Part shown: in pieces, positions 1 through 12,003 of the stretch
Layout: each line of letters opens with the position of its first letter
How positions within the stretch are numbered: the first letter of the stretch is position 1
Origin: the human T2T-CHM13v2.0 reference genome, Homo sapiens
DNA length: 64,000 bases
NCBI RefSeq assembly: GCF_009914755.1
Contig: NC_060937.1
Strand: one strand, 5' to 3'
Notes under the pieces: model-generated
The model's database searches: none
What the model was told of the DNA's origin: nothing
The model's input: the letters and a program-made list of their open reading frames with translations, nothing else
Made by a program: the position numbers and the translations under genes

Positions 1-3000
1 CGAGATTATCTCACTCCGTCACCCAGCCTGGAGAGCAGTGGCACAATCTCAGCTGACATTTAATTTCACCATTCCATTCAATTCCGTTCCATTCAGTTCC
101 ATTCTGCTCTACTCCACTCCACTCCATTGCAGTCCATTCCACTTCACTCCACTCCATTCCATTCCACTCCACTCCTTTCCTTTCCATCCCATTCCATTGC
201 ACTCCTTTCCTCTCCAATCCACTCTACTCCACTCCATTCTATTGCATTCCACTCCATTCGATTGCATTCCTTTCGTTTGAGAGGATCTCACTCTGTCACT
301 CAGGCAGGAGTGCAGTGGCACAATCTCAACCCATTTTTCATTTCACCATTCCATTCCATTCCATTCCACTGCACTCCACTCCTATCCACTGAATTCCACT
401 CCACTCCACTCCAACATATTCCATTCCGTGCAATTCCAATCCCTTCCATTCCACTACTTTCTTTTGACAAGATCTCCCTCTCTCACACAGGGTGTAGCGC
501 AGTGGCACAATCTCAGCACACCTTTCTTTTCACCATTCCATTCCACTCCATTCCATTCCGTTCCATTCTGTTTCATTCCATTGCATTCATTTCTATTGCA
601 TTCCATCCCACTCCATTCCATTCCATTCCACTCCATTCCATTCCATTCCACTCCACTCCATTCCATTCCACTCCACTCCATTCCATTCCATTCCACTCCA
701 CTCCATTCCATTCCACTCCAATCCATTCCTCTCCACTCCTCTCCACTCCACTCCTCTCCACTCCGCTCCACTCCATTCCATTCCATTCCATTCCATTCCA
801 TTCCATTCCATTCCATTCCATTCCATACCATTCCTTTCCTTTCTTTCCAAAGGATCTCACTTGGTCACAGAGGCTGGAGTGCAGTGGCACAATCTCAGCT
901 CACATTTCTTTTCACCATTCAATTACATTCCATTCCATCCCATTCCATTCCTCTCTATTTCACTCCACTCCACTCCATTCCACTCCATCCCATTCCAGTT
1001 GACTCCTTTGCACTAAACTCCATTCCCCTCCACTCAATTCCATTCCATTCCATAACATTTCACTCCATTGCATTCCATAGCTTCCTTTCCACTGTACATC
1101 ACTGTGTCACCCAGGCTTGAGTGCAGTGGCACTATCTCAGCTCATATTACATGTCAGCTTTCCATTTCATTGCATTCTATTCCATTGCATTAAATTGCAT
1201 TCCATTTCTTTCCGTTACATCCATTCCATTCCATTCCTTTCCCTTCCATTCCACTCCGTTCGACTCCACTCCACTCCACTCCTCTACATTCCATTACATC
1301 CGATTCCATTCCACTACATTACACTCCTCTCCACTCAACTACACTCCACTCCACTGCATTCCATTCCATCCCAATCCATTCCGCTCCATTCCACTGCACT
1401 TCCCTCCACCCCACTCCACTCCACTTCATTCCATTCCATTCCATCCCATTCCATTCCCCTCCATTCCACTCCACCCCACTTCTCTCCAATCCACTCCTCT
1501 CCAGTTCCCTCCATTCCATTCCTTTCCATTTCATTCCATTCTATTCCATTCCATTCCATTCCATTCCATTCCATTACACAGCATTCCATTCCATTCCTTT
1601 CTTTCGAGAGTATCTCACTCTGTCACCCAGCCCGGAGTCTAGTGGCACAATCTCAGCACACATTTCATTTCACCATTCCTTTCCATTCTATTCTATTCCA
1701 TTCCATTCGGCTCTACTCCACTCCAATGCGTTCCACTCCACTCCATTCCATTCCACTCCTTTCCATTCCACTCCTTTCAACTCCACTCCCCTCCAATCCA
1801 CTCCATTCCGTTCCACTCCATTCTATTCCTTTGTTTTGATGGGGTCTCACTCTGTCACCAAGGCTGGTGTGCACTGGCACAATCTCAGCTCATATTTCAT
1901 TTCACCATTCCACTCCAGTCCATTCCATTCCACTGCACTCCACTCCACTCCACTCAATTCCATTCCACTCCACTCCAATCCATTCCATTCCATTCCATTC
2001 CAATCCCTTACATTCCACTCCTTTCTTTTGACAGGATCTCCCTGTGTCACACAGGCTGTAGCACAGTGGCACAATCTCAGCACACATTTCTTTTCACCAT
2101 ATCATTCCATTCCATTCCACTCTATTCCTTTCCATTCCAATCCCTTCCACTGCACTCCACTCCACTCCATTCCACTCCACTCCACTCCATGCCACTCCTT
2201 TCCACTCCACTCCACTCCATTCCATTCCACTCCATTCCATTCCACTCTACTCCACTCCACTCCACCCCTCTCCATGCCACTCCAATCCATTCCACTCCAT
2301 TCCACTCCATGCCACTCCATTCCACTCCACTCCACTCCAATCCATTCCACTCTATTCCACTCCACTCCACTCAATTCCACTCCCTTCCACTACACTCCAT
2401 TCCACTCCACTCCTCTGCACTCCACTCCACTCCCCTCCACTGCATTACATTCCACTCCACTCCACTCCACTCCCCTCTTCTGCATTACATTCCACTCCAT
2501 TCTATTCCATTCCTTTCTTTCCACAGGATCTCACTCTGTCACAAAAGCTGGAGTGCAGTATCACAATCTCAGCTCACATTTCTTTTCACCATTCCTTTGC
2601 ATTCCATTCCATCCCATTCCATTCCACTCTATTTCATTCCACTCCACTCCACTCCACTCCATTCCGTTCCACTCCATTCCACTTCCCTCCATTCCATTCC
2701 ATTCCATACCATTCCACTGGACTCCACTCCATTCCACCCCATTCCACTCCACTGCATTTCACTCCATTCCACTCCACTGCACTCCACTCCACCCCACTCC
2801 ATTCCACCCCATTCCACTCCACTGCATTTCACTCCATTCCACTCCATTCCACTCCACTGCACTCCACTCCACCCCACTCCATTCCATTCCACTCCATTCC
2901 ATTCCATTTTACTCTATTCCATTCCATTCCTCTCCTTTCCATTCCATTCTACTCCACTCCATTCCGCTCCAGTCCATTCAACTCTACTCCTCTCCACTCC

Positions 3001-6000
3001 ACTCCATTCCATTCCACTCCATTCCATGCCATTCCATTCCACTCCACTCCTTTCCATTCCATTCCACTCCACTCCATTCCACTCCACTCCTTTCCATTCC
3101 ACTCCACTCCACTCCATTCCACTCCCCTCCATTCCACTCCACTCCATTCCACTCTACTCCTCTCCACTCCACTCCATTCCAGTCCACTCCATTCCACTCC
3201 TCTCCATTCCACTCTACTCCTCTCCACTCCACTCCATTCCATTCCACTCCATTCCATGCCATTCCATTCCACTCCCTTCCACTCAACTCCATTCCACTCT
3301 ACTCCATTCCACTGCACTGTACTCCATTCCATTCCATTCTACTCCATTCCATTCCATTCCTTTATTTCTACTAGATCTCACTCTGTCAACCAGACTGGAG
3401 TTCAGTGGCACAATCTTAGATCACATTTCATTTCACCATTCCATTCCATTCCATTCAATTCCATTCCATACCACTCCATTCCACTCCACTCCACTCCACT
3501 CCACTTAATTCCATTATATCCGATGCCATTCCACTCCATTCCACTCCTCTCCTCTCCACTGCACTCCACTCCATTCCACTCCATCCCATTCCATTCTGCT
3601 CCATTCCACTGCAATCCCCTCCACCCCACTCATCTCTATTTCATTCCACTCCATTCCATCCCATTCCAGTCCACTCCACTTCACCCCACTCCATTCCACT
3701 CCATTCCATTCCACTGCATTCCATTCTATTGCTTTCTTTTGAAACAATCTCACTCTGTCACCCAGCCTGGAGCGCAGTGACAAAATCTCGGGTCACATTT
3801 CATTTCACGATTTCATTCCATTCCATTCCATTCCATTCCACTCCACTCCACTCTTCTCCACTCCTCTCCAATCCATTCCACTCCACTCCACTCCACTCCA
3901 TTCCAGTCTACTCCACTCCACTCCATTCCATCCCACGCCATTCCACTCCTTTCCACTCCACTCCACTCCACTCCATTCCATTCCATTCCACTCCATTCCA
4001 TTCCATTCCTTTCTTTTGACAGAATCTCACTCTGTCACCCAGGCTGGTGTGCAGTGGCACAGTCTCATCTCACATTTCACTTCAGCATTCCATTCCATTC
4101 CATTCTATTCCACTGCACTCCACTCCACTCCACTCAATTCGACTCCACTCCTGTCCAATTCATTCCATTCCAATCCCTTCCATTCCACGCCTTTCTTTCG
4201 ACAGGATCTCCCTCTGTCACACGGGCTGTAGTGCATTTGGACAGTCTCAGCATTTCATTCCATTCCATTCCATTCCGTTCCATTCCATTCCATTCTATTA
4301 CACTACATTGCATTCCACTGCATTCCATTACACTCTACTCCAGTCCACTCCACTCCATTTCATTCCACTACATTCCATTCCACTCTTTTCCACTCCATTC
4401 CACTCTATTCCATTCAATTCCTCTCCATTCCATTCCACTCCACTCCACTCTTATCCACTCCATTCCTCTCCACTCCACTCCATTCCACTCCACTCCATTC
4501 CATTTCATTCCATTCCACTCCATTTCATTCCTTTCAATTACATTCCATTCGATTGCATTCCACTCCACTCCACTCCGTTACTCTTCATTCCTCTCCACTC
4601 CACTCCGTTCCATCCCATTCCGTTCCATTCCATTCCATTCCTCTCCACCCTATTCCAATCCATTGCATTCCACTCCACTCCACTTTACTCCACTCCACTC
4701 CTCTCCACTCCATTCCATTCCATTCCATTTCACTCCATTGTATTCCATTCCTTTCTTTCGACAGGATATCACTGTGTCACCCAGGCTGGAGTGCAGTGGC
4801 ACAATCTCTGTTCACATTACGTGTCAACATTCCATTTCACTGCATTCTATTCCATTGCATTCCATTGCATTCCATTGCATTCCATTGTATTCCATTCCAG
4901 TCCATTCCATTCCATTCCACTCCACTCCATTCCATTCCATTCCATTCCATTCCATTCCATTCCATTCCATTCCATTCCATTCCACGCCACTCCACTCCAC
5001 TCCACTCCATTCCATTCCATACCATTCCTTTCCTTTCTTTCCAAAGGATCTCACTCTGTCACAGAGGCTGCAGTGCAGTGGCACAATCTTAGCTCACATT
5101 TATTTTCACCATTCCTTTACATTCCATTCCATCCCATTCCATTCCTCTCTATTTCACTCCACTCCACTCCATTCCATTCCACTCCATCCCATTCCATTCG
5201 ACAACATTCCACTAAACTCCACTCAACTCAATTCCATTCCATTCCGTTCCATACCATTTCACTCCACTGCATTCCATAGCTTCCTTTCCATAGGATATCA
5301 CCATGTCACCCAAGGTGGAGTGCAGTGGCACTATCTCAGCTCACATTACATGTCAACTTTCCATTCCTTTGCATTCAATTGCATTGCATTCCTTTCCATT
5401 CCATTCCATTCCATTCCATTCCGTTCGACTCCACTCCTCTCCACTCCTCTACATTCCATTACATCCGATTCAATTCCACTCTATTCCATTCGTCTCCACT
5501 CCACTGCACTCCACTCCACTCTATTCAACTCCATCCCATTCCATTCCGCTCCATTCGTTTGCACTCCACTCCACCTCACTCCACTCCACTTCATTCCATT
5601 CCATTCCATCTCATTCCATTTCTCTCCATTCCTCTCCACTCCACTTCACTCCACTCCACTCCGCTCCAGTCCATTCCATTCCATTCCATTCCACTGCATT
5701 CCATTCCATTCCCTTCTTTCGAGAGTATCTCACTCTGTCATCCAGACTGGAGCGTGGTGGCACAATCTCAGCTCATATTACATTTCACCATTCCATTCCA
5801 TTCTCTTCTTTTCTATTCCACTCCACTCCACTCCAGTACATTCCCCTCCACTCCACTCCATTCCAGTCCATTCCAGTCCTTTCCATTCCATCCCATTCCA
5901 TTCCACTCCTTTCCACTCCACCCCCCTCCACTCCACTCCAATTCATTCCATTCCACTCCATTCCATTCCATTCCTTTCTTTTGACAGGATCTCACTCTAT

Positions 6001-7863
6001 CAACCAGGCTGGTATGCTGTGGCACAATCTCAGCTCATATTTCATTTCACCATTCCACTATATTCCATTCCATTCCACTGCACTCCACTCCACTCCAGTC
6101 AATTCCATTCCACTCCACTCCAAACGATTCCATTCCATGCCATTCCAATCCATTCCATTCCACTCCTTTCTTTCAACAGGATCTCCCTGTGTCACACATT
6201 TCTTTTCACCATTTCATTCCATTCCACTCCAGTTCACTCCACTCCATTCCAATCCATGTCAATCCATTCCACTCCACTCCATTCCATTCCATTCTACTTC
6301 ACTCCAGTCCACTAGGCTCCATTCCACTCCACTCCACTCCACTGCATTCCACTCCATGCCACTCCATTCCACTCCACTGCATTCCATTGCATGACACTCC
6401 ATTCCACTCCACTCCACTCCATTCCATTCCACTCTACCCCACTCCACTCAATTCCACTTCACTCCACTCCATTCCTCTCCACTCCACTCCACTCCTCTCC
6501 ACTCCACTCCACTGCATTCCATTCCACTCTACTCCACTCTACTCCACTCTACTCAATTCCACTTCACTCCACTCCACTCAATTCCTCTCCACTCCACTCC
6601 ACTCCACGCCTCTCCACTCCACTCCACTGCATTCCATTCCACTCCATTCCATTCCATTCCTTTCTTTCCACAGGAACTCACTATGTCACAAAGGCTGGAG
6701 TGCAATGGCACAGTCTCAGCTGACATTTCTTTTCACCATTCCATTGCATCCCATTCCTTTCCACTCTATTTCACTCCACTCCACTCCATTCAGTTCCACT
6801 CCTTCCCTTTCCATTCCACTCCACTCCACTCCATTCCACTCCATTGCATTCCATTCATTTCTTTCAACATGATATCACTGTGTCACCCTGGCTGGAGTGC
6901 AGTGGCACAATCTCAGCTCACATTACATGTCATCTTTCCATTGCATTGCATTCTATTCCATTGTATTCCAATGCATTCCATTCCATTCCATTCCCTTCCA
7001 TTCCAGTCCTTTCCAATCTATTCCATTCCGTTCAATTCCGTTCCATTCCACTCTGTTCCACTCCACTCCCCTGCACTTCACTACATTCCATTACACCAGA
7101 TCCCATTCCACTCCATTCCATCCCTCTCCACTCCACTGCACTCCACTCCACTCTATTCCAATCCATCCCATTCCATTCCGCTCCATACCACTGCACTCCA
7201 CTCCACCCCACTCCACTCCTCTTCATTCCATTCCATTCCATCTTTTTCCATTCCTCCAGATTGCACTCTACTCGACTTCACTGCACTCCACTCCGCTCCA
7301 CTCCACTCCACTCCACTCCAATCCATTCCATTCCATTCCACTGCATTCAATTCCATTCCTTTCTTTCGAGAGTATCTCACTCTGTCACCCAGCCTGGAGC
7401 GCAGTGGCAGAATCTCAGCTCACATTTCATTTCACCATTCCATTGTATTCTACTCCATTAAATTCCACTCCACTCCACTCCAATCAATTCCACTCCACTC
7501 CAACCCAGTCCAATCCACTCCAGTCCTTTTCTTTCCATCCCATTCCATTCCACTCCTTTCTACTCCACTCCACTGCTCTCAACTCCATTACATTCCATTC
7601 CACTCCATTCCATTCCATTCCACTCCATTCCATTCCAGTACTTTCTTTTGACAGTATCTCACTCTGTCACCCAGGCTGGTGTGCAGTGGCACAATCTCAA
7701 CTGACTTTTCATTTCACCATTCCATTCCATTCCACTGCACTCCACTCCACTACACTCAATTCCACTCCACTGCATTCCAATCCATTCCATTCCATTCCAA
7801 TCCCTTCCATTCCACTCCTTTCTTTCAACAGGGTCTCCCTCTGTCACACAGGCTGTAGTGCAG
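1..7863 (+). repeat. HSat3-type (CATTC/CACTC)n satellite with regularly interspersed ~50-bp antisense Alu 3'-end fragments
   Basis: Continuous CATTC/CACTC pentamers. There are 24 copies of tctcactctgtcacccaggctggagtgcagtggcacaatctcagctcac-like sequence, e.g. at ~9, 286, 472, 853, 1097, 1612 ... 7374, 7655, 7832. All long ORFs here are STPLH/IPFH/MEWNG low-complexity artefacts. Confidence 0.95.
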
Positions 7864-10800
7864 GTGATGAGACTATTTTATAGGATCTGTGTATGGGGGC
7901 ATTGTGACCTATCTCTGCACTGACCACCCAGGTGATGGGACTTTTGTCTAGGCTCTGCCTACGGTGGCATTTTGACCTGTCTCTTCACTGTTCACCCAGG
8001 TGATGTAACTCTTGTTTTGGATCTGCCTAGGGGGCATCATGACATATTTCTGCACTGATCACCCAGGTGATGGGACTCTTGTCTAGGCTCTGTATATGGG
8101 AGACTTGTGACATATCCCTGCACTGATCACCCAGGTGATGTAACGCTTGACTAGGCTGTGAATTCTGGGGCATAGTGACATATCGCTGCATTGATCACCG
8201 AGATGATCTAACTCTTGTCCAGGCTCTGCCTATAGAAGGCCCAGTGACATATCTCTGCACTGATCATCTACTTGATGTAACTCTTGTTTACGCATTGCCT
8301 GCAGGGTCATTGTGAAATATCTCTTTAGTGATCAACCAGGTGATCTAAGTATTGTCTAGGCTCTGCCTACAGGGGGCTTTGTGGCATAACTCTGCACTGA
8401 ACACCCAGGTGATGGGACTCTTCTCTAGGCTCTGCCTATTGTGGGCATTGTCACATATTTCTGCACTGATCACCCAGGTGACGGACATTTGTCTTGGATC
8501 TGCCTATGGGGGCATTGTGACATATCTCTGCACTGATCACCCAGGTGATGTAACTCTAGTCTAAGCTCTGCCTAAAGTGGCATTGTGGCAGATCTCTGCA
8601 CTGATCACTCAGCTGATGTAACTATTGTCTAAGCTCTGCTTAAAGAGGCCTTGTCACATATGTCTACACTGATCACCCAGGTGATGTAACTGTTGTCTAG
8701 GCTCTGCTTACAGGGGATATTGTAACATATCTCTGCACTGATAACGTAAGTGATGTAACACTTGTGTAGGCTCTGCCTACAGGGGCATTTTGACATATCT
8801 CTGCACTGTTAACCGAGGTGATGTAATTCTTCTCTAGGCTGTGCCCAAAGGGGTGTTGAGACATATCTCTGCACTGATAGCGAGGTGATCCAACTCTTGT
8901 CTGGGCTCTGCCTACCGGGGGCATTGTGACATATCTCTGCACTGATCTCCCAGGTGATGTAACTTTTCTCTAAGCTCTAGCTACATGGCATTGTGACATA
9001 TTACTGCACTGATCACCCAGGTGATATATCCCTTGTCTAGGCTCTGCCTACAGGGGGCTGGTGACACATCTCTGCACTGATCACCCAGGTGATGTATCTC
9101 TTGTCTAGGATCCGCATACAGGGTGCTTTGTGACATATCCCTGCAATGATCACCCAGGTGATGTACCACTTGTCAAAGCTCTGCCTACAAGGGCTTTGCT
9201 ATGTATCTCTGCACTGATCATATAGGTCATGTATCTCTTGTCTAGGCTCTGCCTACAGTGGCAGTGTGATATATCTCTGCTCTGATCACCCAAGTGATGT
9301 AACCCTTTTCTAGGCTCTGCCAAAATGGGGCATTGTGACATAACTCTGAACTGATCACCCAGGTGTTGGGACTCTTGTCTAGGCTCTGCCTACAGGAGCA
9401 TTGTGACATATCTCTGCACTGATCACCAAGGTGATGGAAGTCTTGTCTAGGCTCTGTCTATGGGGGCATTGTGTCAAATATCTGCACTGATCTCCCAGTT
9501 GATGTACCTCTTTTCTAGTCTCTGTCTACAGGGATTTTTGTGACATATCACTGCACTGATCACCTAGGTGATGTAAGCCTTGTATGGGCTTTGCCTACAG
9601 AAGGCTTTGTGAAATATCTCTGCACTGATCTCTGAGGTGATGCTACTCTTGTCTAGGCACTGCCTACAGGGGACATTGGTACATATCTCTGCACTGATCA
9701 CCCAGGTGATGGACTCTTGTCTTAGATCTGCCTACATGGAGATTGTGACACATCTCTGAACTGATCAACCAAGTGATGAAACTCTTGTCTAGGCTCTGCC
9801 TACAGGGCTTTGTGACACATCTCTGCACTGATCACCCTGGGGAGGGAACTCTTGTCTCCGCTCTGCCTATAGGAGGCTTTATGACTTATACCTGCACTGA
9901 TAACCTAGTTGATGTAACACTTCTCTAGGCTCTGCCTACACGGGATTTCTCACATATCTCTGCACTGATCACCCAGGTGATGGACTCTTGTCTTGGATCT
10001 TCCTATGGGGGCATTGTGACATATTTCTGCACTGATCACCCAGGTGAGGTAACTGTTGTATAAGCTCTACCTACAGGGGAATTGTGAGAGATCTCGCCAC
10101 TGATCACCCAAGTGATGGAACTATTGTCTAGGCTTTGCCTACATGGGGCTTTGTGACATACCTTTGCACTGATCTCCCAGGTGATATAACTCATCTAAGT
10201 TCTGCCTACAGGAGCTTTGTGACATATCTCTGCACTGATCACTTAGGTGATGTAACACTTCTATAAGTACTGCCTACTGGGAATTTTGACAAATCTCTCC
10301 TTGGATCACCTAGTTGATGTAACTCTTGTCTACCGTCTACCCATAGGGGTCATTGTGAAATATGTCTGCACTGATCACCCAGGTGATTCAACTCTTGTCT
10401 ACGATCTGCCTACAGGGGGTATTGTGAAATATCTCTGTAGTGTTCATCTAGGTGATGTAACCCTTGTCTAGGCTCTCTCTACAAGGATTTGTGTGACGTA
10501 TCTCTGCGCTGGTCACCTAGGTGATGTAAGCCTTGTATGGGTTTGCCTATAGAAGGCTTTGTGACAGATCTATGCACTGATCTCTGAGGTGATGTAACTC
10601 TTGTCTAGGCACTGCCTACAGGGGACATTGGTACATATCTCTGCACTGATCACCCAGGTGATGGACTCTTGTCTTAGATCTGCCTACATGGACATTGTGA
10701 CACATCTCTGAACTGATCAACAAAGTGATGAAACTCTTGTCTAGGCTCTGCCTATGGGGGCTTTGTGACACATCTCTGCACTTATCACCCTTGGGATGGA

Positions 10801-11575
10801 ACTCTTCTCTACGCTCTGCCTACAGGAGGCTTTACGACTTATACCTGCACTTATAACCTAGGTGATGTAACACTTGTCTAGACTCTGTCTACACGGGAAT
10901 TCTCACATATCTCTGCACTGATCACCCGGGTGATGTTACTCCTGTCTAGGTTCATCCTACAGGAGTGTTTTGACATATCTCTGCACTGATCACCCAGGTG
11001 ATGTAACCCTTGTTTAATCTCTGCCTACAGGGGCATTGTGACAGATCTCTCCACTGCTCACCCAGGTGATGTAACAATTGTCTGGGCTTTGCCTACAGGG
11101 GACTTTGTGATATACATTTCCACTGATCAAACAGGTGATGTAACCCTTGTCAAGGTTCTGCTTACAGGGGCTTTGTGACATATCTCTACACTGATCACCC
11201 CAGGGAGGAAACACTTGTCTACACTGTGCCTACAGTAGGCTTTACAACTTATCCCTGCACTGATCACTAGCTGATGGAACACTTGTCTAGGCTCTGTCTA
11301 CACGGGACTTTTCACATATCTCTACACTGATCACCTAAGTGATGTAACCCTGGTCTAGGTTCAGCCTACTGGGGATTTCTGACATACCTATGCACTGATC
11401 ACCGACGTGATGTAAATAATTTCCATGCTTTTTGTACAGGGGACATTGTGATATATCTCTGCACTGATCACCCAAATGATGCAAATCTTCTGTAGGCTCC
11501 GCAGGGAGGGGGCATTGTGACATATTTCTGAACTGATCATCCAGGAGATGTAACTATTCTCCAGGCTTTGACTAA
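7861..11575. repeat. Beta satellite (68-bp Sau3A/BSR) array, ~54 monomers
   Basis: Tandem ~68-bp unit gatcacccaggtgatgtaactcttgtctaggctctgcctacagggggcattgtgacatatctctgcact, with GATC in most monomers. Confidence 0.95.
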
Positions 11576-11996
11576 AGAGCGTCGGAAGGTGTTGGGAGAG
11601 CCTCAGTCGGAATTTCATGGATGGACAAGGGCACAGAGAGGCCAGCGGACTCCCTTGCACGTGAGCCGGGGTGCGCAATGAGCGCAGGTCTAGCCAGGAG
11701 GCCGGCAAAGAGGGCTAGAGGTCTGCGTTCCGCCGCCAGGCACTCCATCGTGGCAGCTGGGAGGCTGCAGGGGCACGGGCGGGCCGGTGACGGTGGCGTG
11801 GAGGCGCAGAGGAGGCGAGCCGTCAGAGGGTTGTCAGGCCTGGACTATGGGTGGGCCCGAGGTTTTGAAGGACGTGGGTCTCCACCCAGCCCAGGGGAAG
11901 ACGCATTTTACGGGGGAGGGAGCTGGGGATCGGGAGGGGGTGGTCAGGCCGGGGTGGGGTGGTGGAAAGGCATGAGAGCTCTGTCCGGGCTGCTCT
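11490..11996 (-). repeat. D4Z4/pLAM-like fragment (paralog of the DUX4 intron 2 / exon 3 region, LSau-associated); no DUX4 ORF
   Basis: The minus strand reads ...cctggctag|acctgcgctcattgcgcaccccggctcacgtgcaagggagtccgctggcctctctgtgcccttg...caccttccgacgct...gttacatctcctggatgatcagttcag...atgccccctccctg. This matches the recalled 4q35 pLAM/DUX4 exon 3 sequence. It is GC-rich and abuts beta satellite, as on 4qA. Confidence 0.85.
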
Positions 11997-12003
11997 GAAA
12001 GCT

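Noticed and set aside
9-7863. CRISPR-like pattern of a conserved ~50-bp repeat separated by variable spacers
   Set aside because: The repeats are Alu fragments, the spacers are 150-800 bp of pentamer satellite, there are no cas genes and the DNA is primate.
1-7883. Long ORFs up to 753 aa (e.g. 4054..6315, 1836..3374)
   Set aside because: Pentamer satellite lacks stop codons on this strand, so the translations are STPLH/IPFH low-complexity artefacts.
11621-11998. GC-rich 125-aa ORF as a DUX4-like gene
   Set aside because: It is on the strand opposite to the DUX4 orientation, has no homeodomain and lies in intron/3'UTR-like sequence.
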